Shown: piece by piece, positions 22,982 to 36,800 of the stretch
Layout: each line of letters begins with the position of its first letter
Position numbering within the stretch: position 1 is the stretch's first letter
Origin: Octopus sinensis
Lineage: Eukaryota
Direction: 5' to 3'
Assembly (NCBI RefSeq): GCF_006345805.1
Contig: NC_043000.1
Coordinates: 11,408,001 to 11,472,000 of the forward strand
DNA: 64,000 bases
Notes under the pieces: generated by a model
Told to the model about the DNA's origin: nothing
What the model saw: the letters and a program-made list of their open reading frames with translations, nothing else
Databases searched by the model: none
Position numbers and translations under genes: made by a program

Positions 22982-23362
22982 TCTCTCTCTATATAAACGG
23001 CAGTTTGTCTGTGCGTTTTCTGTGTGTCTGTTTTCTCGTACCCTCACCCTGACCACGGCTTTCAACCGATTCTGATGAAACTTGACACACACATAGCCCA
23101 ATGTCATAATTCAAAACTAACGCAGCGAAAATTTTGAAAAGTTCCCCCAGTTCTGAAAAAGATCGATAAATTCGACATGGGGTCGAGAAAAAGAAACCCA
23201 AACCACAGACCGTCTAGGGGATCAACTCCACCTTTTTTAACTCAAAAAAAATTTACCATCATTTTTTTCCCATTTTTTTGCTATTTTTTGGCTATAACTC
23301 TCTAAAAATGCTTTATAGTTATTTCCCTTACAAACCTGAGCAACGCCGGGCGATACTGCTAG
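22982..23362 (+). mobile_element. Non-autonomous Helitron
   Basis: A|TCTCTCTCTATATAAACGG…GCAACGCCGGGCGATACTGCTAG|T: TC start, CTAG end, A/T insertion site. Second copy at 58227-58613. Confidence 0.85.
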
Positions 23363-26300
23363 TTAGTTAATAAGTTTGCGAAAAATAACTTGCTTACCTT
23401 ACAGCAGTGATTTTCAACCAGGGTTCCGCAAGAAGTTACAAAACTGCTAAAATTGGCAGTAATTTTTAATTCTCCTGTGCAGATATGTGTGCATAAAACT
23501 ATTAAATTATTGCACAGGGGTTCCTCGAGCCAGTGGAATGTTTCCTTGGGGTTCCGCTCCAGTAGACGCCAAGTGAACTCGAATAGTCTCATGTGATGAT
23601 GAAATGAAGCAAAGCACTACCTTAGTAGTGTGGGCGAAGTTTCGCATGTCGTAGATCAGATTTCGTCACTATGCCGTAGTGTGCTTTGCTTCATTTCATC
23701 GTCACATGAGATCATTCGAGTTCACTTGGCGTCTGCGCAGAGGCGGTACCATAGACAATGAGGGTTATCCGGAGCGTGGTTATTGCGTGTTGAAAACTAT
23801 TTGGTGACGAATGACTCAAAAATGCGTTAGGCAGTATTATACTAATTAAAAGTTCAAGAATGTTTTTTTTTTTTATGAGATTCATAAAATGCTTTGTATA
23901 TAATGGCTACAGCAAATAAAATGTTATAGATGTGTATATAAATTAGGGTTAAGGTGGATTTTAAAATAGAATCACGGAGACTAGTTGGTAACCGACTACT
24001 TTCTTTCCATTGCATGGATTGTTTTTTTTTATTAAAGGGATGGTATTATTAAAATGCCATCACAAGTGGTTAGGGAATTATTAGCCGTACAGGCAAATTA
24101 ATAAAATATATACATACAATATTAGACTTGTACATATATATATACAAGGGTACTACATGAGTACCTATATCGCTAATTATAGAAGTTAAAAAATACTTCT
24201 GTACCACCGAAAGTCACAAATCTATTACATATATATATATATATATAGATATATATATATATATATATATTATAGATATATATATATTATACATGTATAT
24301 TTAGGGCTAAAGATCACAAACGATCAGCGAACACCAGAACATAGATCGTTTTGTGATCTTCTTCTAGCATATGGCTATCCACCTAGGGTTTTTTTAGACC
24401 TACATATACACATGTATATATTTATTTTTTAATATATATATATATATATATACATATATATATTTATATATATATATATTATATATATATTATGTATGTA
24501 TGTGTGTTATATGTATGTATGTATGTGTGTGTGTGTGTAATAGATTTGTGACTTTTCGGTGGTACAGAAGTATTTTTTAACTTCTATAACTAGCTATATA
24601 GGTACCTGTATACCGGTATACGATTAATTCTTGATTTTTATATAATTTTCATCTGTCTTGCCCGCCTATATTCTGGTGTTCGCTGTGGTTAAACAAGTCG
24701 TATTAATGTATGTGACACGGTTTCGATTTCCGATTGGAGATTGTTACCCTTCAATAAGTTGTTTAACCACTGATCAGTCCTGATAAGAACATTCCACATG
24801 TGACTATTTTTGAATGAGTTTGCAGCAAAAAAAAATCATTTCGAGGTTGAGGATACGTAATATGCTTCAAACAAAATCTAGGAGAAAAAAAGTGAAAAAT
24901 GCTAATATTTTGGAAATTAAAAGGAGCAAAGTCTAAAAGAGGAAGGATTGCTCCAAGACACTTCCAAATTTTTTTTGTCTAATCTTCTTACTACCATAAT
25001 CATAATGTACATCCTCTAAAATGTATCTCTTTAGAATTTGGTGAACGAATATATATTTGTCAGGAAGTTATTGAGGAAACAAATTTGGGGAGCGCTAAAC
25101 TGCAGTTGTGTCCATATATATCATCATAATCATCGTCATCGTTTAACGTCCGTTTTCCGCGCTAGCACGGGTTGGACGGTTCGACCGGGGTCTGGGGAGC
25201 CAGGGGCTGCCCCAGGCTCCAGTCTGGTCTGGCAGTGTTTCCACAGCTGGATGCCCTTCCTAACGCCAACCACTCCGCGGTGTTGTAGTGGGTGCTTTTT
25301 ACGTGCCACCTGCACCAGTGGAGGCTGCACTGGCAACGGCTACGTTCGGATGGTGCTTTTTATGTGTCACCGGCACAGGTATCACAACTACTACTGTTTC
25401 CATTGATATTTGGTTCGATTCTCATGTACATGCACTTGACTCAACAGGTCTCCTCAAGCACAGCGAGATGTTCCGGTACGTGCACTTGACTCAACAGGTC
25501 TCCTCAAGCACAGCGAGATGTTCCGGGATCCCACGATCGGTTGGTGTGTGCCACCGGCACAGAAGCCATTCGAGGCGGGGTTGGCATCGGTCACGTTCGG
25601 ATGGAGCTTTTAGGCGGGGTTGGCATCGGTCACGTTCGGATGGAGCTTTTTATGTGCCACCGGCACAGAAGCCAGTGGAGGCTGCACTGGCAACGGCCAC
25701 GTTCGGATGGTGCTGGCGGGGTTGGCATCGGTCACGTTCGGATGGAGATTTTTATGTGCCACTGGCCCAGAAGCCAGTGGAGGCTGCGCTGGCAATGGCC
25801 ACGTTCGGATGGTGCTTTTTATGTGTCACCGGCACAGGTATCACAACTACTACTGTTTCCATTGATATTTGGTTCGATTCTCATGTACATGTACATGCAC
25901 TTGACTCAACAGGTCTCCTCAAGCACAGCGAGATGTTCCGGGATCCCACGATCGGTGGTGAGCCACACGCATAACTTTGCTATCTTATGTAAGAATGTAT
26001 TATCACTTTTAATGATGCAGGATCTTTCCTTTTGAACGGCACTTTGTTACATAATTTCTAGGTAACTAAAAAGTTTTAAACTTCGTATACTGGTAGAATG
26101 TGTTATAAACATCATTTTCTCTTGGCTTTATTGAGAAAATTCTATATGTTGTAACATATTTCGTCTTTAATTTCGAGCATTTCGGCAATTTTAACCAATC
26201 GCTGACCTCCATTTAGGTAAGTAACATTCTGTGCATAATGAATTTGTCCCTCCTTTAAGAAACAGATTGGGTTTATTTACATTTGCGAAGAAAAAAGATA

Positions 26301-27214
26301 CCCTTCCCCCACCCCTAACCCTAACACTAACTCTAACCCTAAATCTAAAATAGATTGAAATGCAGGAAGCAGCCCGGGTCTTTGCAGTCACAGCATATCT
26401 CCAGAGATCTCGGTCCTTCGTCATTGCCTCTGTGAGGCCCAATGCTCTGAGGTTATGCTTGACTACCTCATCCCATGTCTTCCTGGGTCTACCTCTCCCC
26501 CGATACCTTCAACTGTTTGGGAGCGGCACTTCTTCACATATCTCTCCTCATCCATCCACAGTACATGACCATACCATCGCAAGCGTCACTCTTGCACACC
26601 ACATCTGATGCTTCTTATGTCCAGCATTTCTCTCAGGGTGCTTACCCTCTGTCCGTGGTGCACACTGAAATATAAACATCCAGCGGATCATGTTAGCTTC
26701 ATCTTTCAAGTCTACGCATATCCTCTGCAGTCACAGCCCATGTTTCACTACCGTGAAGCATGGCAGTTTGTACACATGCATCATACAATCTACCTTTCAC
26801 TCTGAGCGAGAGACCCTTTGTCGCCAGTAGGGGTAGGAGCTTTCTAAACTTTGCCCAGGCTATTCGTATTCTAGCGGTGACACTCTCTGAGCATCCACCT
26901 CCACTACTAACTTGGTCACCTAGGTAGTGGAAACTATCAACTACTTCTAGTTTCTTCCCCTGGAGTATGATAGAATCTGTTTTCTGAGTATCTGTGATGT
27001 TTATTGTCCCTGTGCATCTGCCGCACATGAAAGCTATCTTATCAGTTAATTTCCCTTTGATGTTGCTGCACCTCTTATGCGTCCATAGCTTACACTGGGT
27101 ACATCTTATGGAGTTTCTACCTACACCTTTCCTACAGATCGAGCAGGGCCACCTGCCCGAGGGTGTGTGTGCTGAGTTCGTCTCTCTGCTTACTATAACT
27201 TTGGTCTCAATACA

Positions 27215-27570
27215 TATATATAATGGCGAAGTTTTGATTCAAAGGAAAGAAAGAAGAAATTATCAGCACATAGGGACGAATTATTACGAGATAGGACTAA
27301 AAAGATTATATATATATACATATATATAATGGCGAAGTTTTGATTCAAAGGAAAGAAAGAAGAAATTATCAGCACATAGGGACGAATTATTACGAGATAG
27401 AACTAAAAAGATTATATATATATACATATATATAATGGCGAAGTTTTGATTCAAAGGAAAGAAAGAAGAAATTATCAGCACATAGGGACGAATTATTACG
27501 AGATAGGACTAAAAAGATTATATATATATACATATATATAATGGCGAAGTTTTGATTCAAAGGAAAGAAA
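27215..27570. repeat. 106-bp minisatellite (3.3 copies) at the array junction
   Basis: taatggcgaagttttgattcaaagg… at 27221, 27327, 27433 and ~27539; recurs at each junction. Confidence 0.85.
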
Positions 27571-27788
27571 CACGACGACCACCATCACCACTACTAGCAC
27601 CACCGCTGCCACTAACACCGCCTCCACCACCACCATACTATGCCTCTGCTCTCTCCTTTTGGCTACTAAATCCATTACAGGATAAAAATTTTATCAATGG
27701 CCAGCATATTAAAAAATACCTTTAACTTCGCCTTCGATTATCATTATTAGTTAATAAGTTTGCGAAAAATAACTTGCTTACCTTACAG

Positions 27789-27883
27789 CAGTGATTTTCA
27801 ACCAGGGTTCCGCAAGAAGTTACAAAACTGCTAAAATTGGCAGTAATGGGGTTCCTCTCCAGTAAAAAGTTTGAAAAGCACTG
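27789..27883. mobile_element. hAT-type MITE with 8-bp TSD
   Basis: TIRs cagtgattttcaa…ttgaaaagcactg; flanks ccttacag / ccttagag. Repeated in the array units. Confidence 0.75.
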
Positions 27884-30800
27884 CCTTAGAGGTGTTCATT
27901 TCATCATCACATCAGACGATTCGAGTTCACTTGGCGTCTGCGCAGAGGCGGTACCATAGACAATGAGGGTTATCCGGGGCGTGGTTATTGCTAGTTGAAA
28001 ACTGGTTGGCATCGGTCACGTTCGGATGGAGCTTTTTATGTGGCCACCCGGCACAGAAGCCAGTGGAGGCTGCACTGGCAACGGCCACGTTCGGATGGTG
28101 CTGGCGGGGTTGGCATCGGTGACGTTCGGATGGAGATTTTTATGTGCCACTGGCCCAGAACGCAGTGGAGGCTGCGCTGGCAATGGCCACGTTCGGATGG
28201 TGCTTTTTATGTGTCACCGGCACAGGTATCACAACTACTACTGTTTCCATTGCTATATTTGGTTCGATTCTCATGTACATGTAAATGCACTTGACTCACA
28301 GGTCTCCTCAAGCACAGCGAGATGTTCCGGGATCCACGATCGGGTGGTGAGCCACACGCATAACTTTGCTATCTTATGTAAGAATGTATTATCACTTTTA
28401 ATGATGCAGGATCTTTTCCTTTTGAACGGCACTTTGTTACATAATTTCTAGGTAACTAAAAAGTTTTAAACTTCGTATACTGGTAGAATGTGTTTATAAA
28501 ACATCATTTTCTCTTGGCTTTATTGAGAAAATTCTATATGTTGTAACATATTTCGTCTTTAATTTCGAGCATTTCGGCAATTTTAACCAATCGCTGACCT
28601 CCATTTAGGTAAGTAACATTCTGTGCATAATGAATTTGTCCCTCCTTTAAGAAACAGATTGGGTTTATTTACATTTGCGAAGAAAAAAGATACCCTTCCC
28701 CCACCCCTAACCCTAACACTAACTCTAACCCTAATCTAAAATAGATTGAATGCAGGAAGCAGCCCGGTCTTTGCAGTCACAGCATATCTCCAGAGATCTC
28801 GGTCCTTCGTCATTGCCTCTGTGAGGCCCAATGCTCTGAGGTTATGCTTGACTACCTCATCCATGTCTTCCTGGGTCTACCCTCTCCCCCGATACCTTCA
28901 ACTGTTTGGGAGGGCGGGCACTTCTTCACATATCTTCTCTCATCCATCCACAGTACATGACCATACCATCGCACAGCGTCACTCTTGCACACCACATCTG
29001 ATGCTTCTTATGTCCAGCATTTCTCTCAGGGTGCTTACACTCTGTCGTGCGTGCACACTGACATTAAACATCCAGCGGATCATGTTAGCTTTCATTTCTT
29101 TCAAGTCTACGCATATCCTCTGCAGTCACAGCCCATGTTTCACTACCGTGAAGCATGGCAGTTTGTACACATGCATCATACAATCTACCTTTCACTCTGA
29201 GCGAGAGACCCTTTGTCGCCAGTATGGGTAGTAGCTTTCTAAACTTTGCCCAGGCTATTCGTATCTAGCGGTGACACTCTCTGAGCATCACCTCCACTAC
29301 TAACTTGGTCACCTAGGTAGTGGAAACTATCAACTACTTCTAGTTTCTTCCCCTGAGTATGATAGAATCTGTTTTCTGAGTATCTGTGATGTTTATTGTC
29401 CCTGTGCATCTGCCGCACATGAAAGCTATCTTATCAGTTAATTTCCCTTTGATGTTGCTGCACCTCTTATGCGTCCATAGCTTCACTGGGTACATCTTAT
29501 GGAGTTTCTACCTACACCTTTCTACAGATCGAGCAGGGCACCTGCCCGAGGGTGTGTGTGCTGAGTTCGTCTCTCTGCTTACTATAACTTTGGTCTCAAT
29601 ACATATATATAATGGCGAAGTTTTGATTCAAAGGAAAGAAAGAAGGAAATTATCAGCACATAGGGACGAATTATTACGAGATAGGACTAAAAAGATTATA
29701 TATATAACATATATATAATGGCGAAGTTTTGATTCAAAGGAAAGAAGAAGAAATTATCAGCACATAGGGACGAAATTATTACGAGATAGAACTAAAAAAG
29801 ATTATATATATATACATATATAATGGCGAAGTTTTGATTCAAAGAAAGAAAGAAGAAATTATCAGCACATAGGGACGAATTATTACGAGATAGGACTAAA
29901 AAGATTATATATATATACATATATATAATGGCGAAGTTTTGATTCAAAGGAAAGAAACACGACGACCACCATCACCACTACTAGCACCACCGCTGCCACT
30001 AACACCGCCTCCACCACCACCATACTATGCCTCTGCTCTCTCCTTTTGGCTACTAAATCCATTACAGGATAAAAATTTTATCAATGGCCAGCATATTAAA
30101 AAATACCTTTAACTTCGCCTTCGATTATCATTATTAGTTAATAAGTTTGCGAAAAATAACTTGCTTACCTTACAGCAGTGATTTTCAACCAGGGTTCCGC
30201 AAGAAGTTACAAAACTGCTAAAATTGGCAGTAATGGGGTTCCTCTCCAGTAAAAAGTTTGAAAAGCACTGCCTTAGAGGTGTTCATTTCATCATCACATC
30301 AGACGATTCGAGTTCACTTGGCGTCTGCGCAGAGGCGGTACCATAGACCTGTTGCTGAGTATCTGTGAGTTTATGTCCCCTGTACATCGGCCGCACATGA
30401 AAGCTATCTTATCAGTTAATTTCCCTTTGATGTAGAATCGTTTTTCACCTCTTATCAGTCCATAGCTACACTGGGTACATCTTATGCTTTCTTTTCTTCT
30501 CTTGCTGCACCTCTTATCCCCCCCTTTTCTTCTACCCTAACCCCCTTTCCTACAGATCGAGCAGGGCCACCTGCCCGAGGGTTGTGGGTGCTGAGTTCGT
30601 CTCTCTGCTTACTATAAACTTTGGTCTCATTACATATATATAATGGCGAATTTTGATTCAAAGGAAAGAAGAAGAAATTATCAGCACATAGGGACGATTT
30701 TACGAGATAGGACTAAAAGATTATATATATATACATATATATAATGGCGAAGTTTTGATTCAAAGGAAAGAAAGAGAGAATTATCAGCACATTAGGGACG

Positions 30801-33800
30801 AATTATTACGAGATAGAACTAAAAAATATATATATATATACATATATAATGGCGAAGTTTTGATTCAAAGGAAAGAAGAAGAATTTATCAGCACTAGGGA
30901 CGATTATTACGAGATAGGACTAAAAAGATTATATATATATACATATATATATGGCGAAGTTTTGATTCAAAGGAAAGAAACACGACGACCACCATCACCA
31001 CTACTAGCACACCACCGCTGCCACTAACACCAACACCGCCTCCACCACCACCATACTATGCCTCTGCTCTCTCCTTTTGGCTACTAAATCCATTACAGGA
31101 TAAAAATTTTATCAATGGCCAGCATATTAAAAAATACCTTTAACTTCGCCTTCGATTATCATTATTAGTTAATAAGTTTGCGAAAAATAACTTGCTTACC
31201 TTAACAGCAGTGATTTTCAACCAGGGTTCCGCAAGAAGTACAAAACTGCTAAATTGGCAGTAATGGGTTCCTCTCCAGTAAAAAGTTTGAAAAGCACTGC
31301 CTTAGAGGTGTTCATTTCATCATCACATCAGACGATTCGAGTTCACTTGGCGTCTGCGCAGAGGCGGTACCATAGACAATGAGGGTTATCCGGGGCGTGG
31401 TTATTGCTAGTTGAAAACTATTTGGCGACGAATGACTCAAAAATGCGTTAGGCAGTATTATACTAATTAAAAGTTCAAGAATGTTTTTTTTTTTTATGAG
31501 ATTCATAAAATGCTTTGTATATAATGGCTACAGCAAATAAAATGTTATAGATGTGTATATAAATTAGGGTTAAGGTGGATTTTAAAATAGAATCACGGAG
31601 ACTAGTTGGTAACCGACTACTTTCTTTCCATTGCATGGATTGTTTTTTTTTATTAAAGGGATGGTATTATTAAAATGCCATCACAAGTGGTTAGGGAATT
31701 ATTAGCCGTACAGGCAAATTAATAAAATATATACATACAATATTAGACTTGTACATATATATATACAAGGGTACTACATGAGTACCTATATCGCTAATTA
31801 TAGAAGTTAAAAAATACTTCTGTACCACCGAAAGTCAACAAACTATTACATATATATATATATATTATAATATATATATATATATAATATATATATATAT
31901 ACATGTGTATATTTAGGGCTAAAAGATCACAAACGATCAGCGAACACCAGAACATAGATCGTTTGTGATCTTCTTCTAGCAATGGCTATCCACCTAGGGT
32001 TTTTTTAGACCTACATATACACATGTATATATTTATTATATATATATATATATATATATATTATTGCCCCGGCACAGAAGCCATTCGAGGCGGGGTTGGC
32101 ATCGGTCACGTTCGGATGGAGCTTTTAGGCGGGTTTGGCATCGGTCACGTTCGGATGGAGCTTTTTTATGTGCCACCGGCACCGAAGCCAGTGGAGGCTG
32201 GCACTGCAACGGCCACGTGTCGGATGGTGCTGGCGGGGTTGGCATCGGTCACGTTCGATGGAGATTTTATGTGCCACTGGCCCAGAAGCCAGTGGAGGCT
32301 GCGCCTGGCACGTGGCCACGTTCGGAATGGTGCTTTTTATGGTCACCGCACAGGTATCACAACTACACTGGTTTCCATTGATATTTGTTTCGATTCTCAT
32401 GTACATGTGTACATGCACTGACTCAACAGGTCTCCTCAAGCACAGCGAGATGTTCCGGGATCCCACGATCGGGTGGTGACCCACGCATAATAACTTTGCT
32501 ATCTTTGTAAGAATGTATTATCACTTTTAATGATGCAGGATCTTTTCCTTTTTGAACGGCACTTTGTTTACATAATTTCTAGGTAACTAAAAAGTTTTAA
32601 ACTTCGTATACTGGTAGAATGTGTTTATAAACTCATTTTTCTCTTGGCTTTATTGCCTCTATAATGGTATTTGTTAACATATTTCGTCTTTAATTTCGAG
32701 CATTTCGGCAATTTTAACCATCGCTGACCTCCATTTAGGTAAGGTAACATTCGGGCATAATGAATTTGTCCCGCCTTTGTTAAGAAACAGAGTTGGGTTT
32801 ATTTTACATTGTGCGAAGAAAAAAGATACCCTTCCCCCACCCCTAACCCTAACGACTAACTCTAAACCCTAAATCAGAAATAGATTGAAATGCAGCCGCA
32901 GCCCGGTCTTTGCATGTCACAGCATATCTCCAGAGATCTCGGTTCCCTTCGTCATTGCCTCTGTGAGCCCAATCTCTGAGGTTATGCTTGACTACCTCAT
33001 CCCATGTCTTCCTGGGGTTCTACCTCTCCCCCTATACCTTCAACTGTTTGGGAGCGGCACTTCTTCACATATCTCTCCTCATCCATCCCAGTACCTGACC
33101 ATACCATCGCAAGCGTCACTCTTGCACACCACATCTGATGCTTCTTATGTCCAGCATTTCTCTCAGGGGTGCTTACACTCTGTCGTGCGTGCACACTGAC
33201 ATTAAACATCCAGCGGATCATGTAGCTTCATTTCTTTCAAGTATACGCATATCCTCTGGCAGTCACAGCCCATGTTTCACTACCGGTGAAGCATGGCATT
33301 TGTACACATGCATCATACAATCTCACCTTTCACGCTGAGCGAGAGACCCTTTGTCGCCAGTAGGGGTAGGAGCTTTCTAAACTTTGCCCCAGGCTATTCG
33401 TATTCTAGCGGTGACACTCTCTGAACCTGCATACAACCACCCACATCACAAACTACTAAACTTAAAAGTCAAAACCTAGTAGTGAAACTATCAACTACTT
33501 CTAGTTTCTTCCCTGGAGTATGATAGATCTGTTTTCTGAGTATCTGTGATGTTTATTGTCCCTGTGCATCTGCCGCACATGAAAGCTATCTTATCATTAA
33601 TTTCCCTTTGATGTTGCTGCACCTCTTATGCGTCCATAGCTTACACTGGGTACATCTTATGGAGTTTTCTACCTACACCTTTCCTACAGATCGAGCAGGG
33701 CCACCTGCCCGAGGTTGTGTGGTGCTGAGTTCGTCTCTCTGCTTACTATAACTTTGGTCTCAATACATATATATAATGGCGAAGTTTTTGATCAAAGAGA

Positions 33801-36800
33801 AGAAAGAAGAAATTATCAGCACATAGGGACGAATTATTACGAGATAGGACTAAAAAGATTATATATATATACATATATATAATGGCGAAGTTTTGATTCA
33901 AAGGAAAGAAAGAAGAAATTATCAGCACATAGGGACGAATTATTACGAGATAGAACTAAAAAGATTATATATAATATACATATATATAATGGCGAAGTTT
34001 TGGATTCAAAGGAAAGAAAGAATAAATTATCAGCACATAGGACGAATTATTACGAGATAGGACTAAAAAGATTATATATATATACATATATATAATGGCG
34101 AAGTTTTGATTCAAAGGAAAGAAATACGACGACCACCATCATCACCACTACTAGCACCGACCACCCGCTGCCACTAACCCCGCCTCCACCACCACCATAC
34201 TAATGCCTCTGCTCTCTCCTTTTGGCTACTAATCCATTACAGGATAAAAATTTATCAATGCCACATATTAAAAAATACCTTTAACTCGCCTTCGATTATC
34301 ATTATTAGTTAATAGTTTGCGAAAAATCACTTGCTTACCTTACAGCAGTGATTTCCAACCATGGTTCCGCAAGAAGTTACAAAACTGCTAAAATTGGCAG
34401 TAATGGGTTCCGCTCCAGTAAAAGTTTGAAAAGCACTGCCTTATGAGGTGTTCATTTCATCATCACATCAGACGATTCGAGTTCACTTGGCGTCTGCGCA
34501 AGAGGCGGTACCATAGACATGAGGGTTATCCGGCGTGTTATTGCTAGTGAAAACTATTTGGCGACGAATGACTCAAAAATGCGGTTAGCAGTATTATCTA
34601 ATTAAAAGTTCAAGAATGTTTTTTTTTTTAGAGATTCATAAAATGCTTTGTATATAATGGCTACGCAATAAATGTTATAGATGTGTATATAAATTAGGGT
34701 TAAGGTGGATTTTAAAATAGAATCACGGAGACTAGTTGTAACCGACTACTTTCTTTCCATTGCATGGATTGTTTTTTTTTATTAAGGGATTGTATTATAA
34801 AATGCCATCACAAGTGGTTAGGGAATTATTAGCCGTACAGCCAAATTAATAAATATATACATACAATATAGACTTGTACAATATATATACAAGGGTACTA
34901 CATGAGTACCTATATCGCTAATTAAGAAGTTAAAAAATACTTCTGTACCCCGAGAAGTCACAATCTATTACATATATATAGATATATATAGTATATATCT
35001 ATATATATATATATATATATTCTATATATATAACATGTGTATATTTAGGGCTAAAGATCACAAACGATCAGCGAACACCAGACATAGATCGTTTGTGATC
35101 TTCTTCTAGCATATGGCTATCCACCTAGGGTTTTTTTAGACCTACATATACACATGTATATATTATTTATTTATGATATATATCTATATATAGTATATAT
35201 ATATATATATATTATAGTAATATATGTATAATATGTATGTATGTATGTGTGTGTGTTTGTGTATAGATTTGTGACTTTTCGGTGGTACAGATTATTTTTT
35301 ACTTCTATAACTAGCTATATAGGTACCTGTATACCGGTATACGATTAATTCTTGATTTTTATATAATTTTCATCTGTCTTGCCCGCCTATATTCCGGTGT
35401 TCGCTGTGGTTAAACAAGTCGTATTAATGTATGTGACACGTTTCGATTCCGATGGAGATTGTTACCCTTCAATAAGTTGGTTTAACCACTGATCAGTCCT
35501 GATAAGAACATTCCACATGTGACTATTTTTGAATGAGTTTGCAGCAAAAAAAAATCATTTTCGAGGTTGAGGATTACGTAATATGCTTCAAACAATCTAG
35601 GAGAAAAAAAAGTGAAAAATGCTAATATTTTGGAATTAAAAGGAGCAAAGTCTAAAAGAGGAAGGATTGCTCCAGACACTTCCAATTTTTTTTGTCTAAT
35701 CTTCTTACTACCATAATCATAATGTACATCCTCTAAAATGTATCTCTTTAGAATTTGGTGAACGAATATATATTTGTCAGGAAGTTATTGAGGAAACAAA
35801 TTTGGGGAGCGCTAAACTGCAGTTGTGTCCATATATATCATCATAATCATCGTCATCGTTTAACGTCCGTTTTCCGCGCTAGCACGGGTTGGACGGTTCG
35901 ACCGGGGTCTGGGGAGCCAGGGGCTGCCCCAGGCTCCAGTCTGGTCTGGCAGTGTTTCCACAGCTGGATGCCCTTCCTAACGCCAACCACTCCGCGAGTG
36001 TAGTGGGTGCTTTTTACGTGCCACCTGCACCAGTGGAGGCTGCACTGGCAACGGCTACGTTCGGATGGTGCTTTTTATGTGTCAAACCGGCACAGGTATC
36101 ACAACTACTACTGTTTCCATTGATATTTGGTTCGATTCTCATGTACAGCACTTGACTCAACAGGTCTCCTCAGCACAGCGAGATGTTCCGGTACGGCACT
36201 TGACTCCAACAGTCTCCTCAAGCACAGCGAGATTTTCCGGGATCCCACGATCGGTTTGGTTTGTGCACCGGCACAGAAGCCATTCGAGGCGGGTTGGCAT
36301 CGGTCACGTTCGTATGGAGCTTTTAGGCGGGGTGGCATCGGTCACGTTCGGATGGAGCTTTTTTATGTGCCACCGGCACAGAAGCCAGTGGAGGCTGCAC
36401 TGGCAACGCCACGTTCGGATGGTGCTGGCGGGTTGGCATCGTTCACGTTCGGATGGAGATTTTTATGTGCCACTGGCCCAGAAGCCAGTGGAGGCTGCGC
36501 TGGCAATGGCCATTTTCGGATGGTGCTTTTTATGTGTCACCGGCACAGGTATCACACTACTACTGTTTTCCATTGATATTTGGTTCGATTCTCATGTACA
36601 TGTACATGCACTTGACTCAACAGGTCTCCTCAAGCACAGCGAGATGTTCCGGGATCCCACGATCGGGTGGTGAGCCACACGCATAACTTTGCTATCTTAT
36701 GTAAGAATGTATTATCACTTTTAATGATGCAGGATCTTTTCCTTTTGAACGGCACTTTGTTACATAATTTCTAGGTAACTAAAAAGTTTTAAACTTCGTA

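Noticed and set aside
23398-23490. Minus-strand exon with strong AAG|GTAAGC donor
   Set aside because: Lies in a hAT MITE and its TSD, and is repeated in every array unit; no supporting coding context.
25288-26035. 150-266 aa ORFs here and in the array copies (36.0, 41.7 kb)
   Set aside because: Antisense readings of GC-rich RTE 3'UTR modules.
27215-27570. CRISPR-like or ribozyme array
   Set aside because: Identical units with no unique spacers, no cas genes, no CUGANGA/GAAA core, and a eukaryotic context: a minisatellite.
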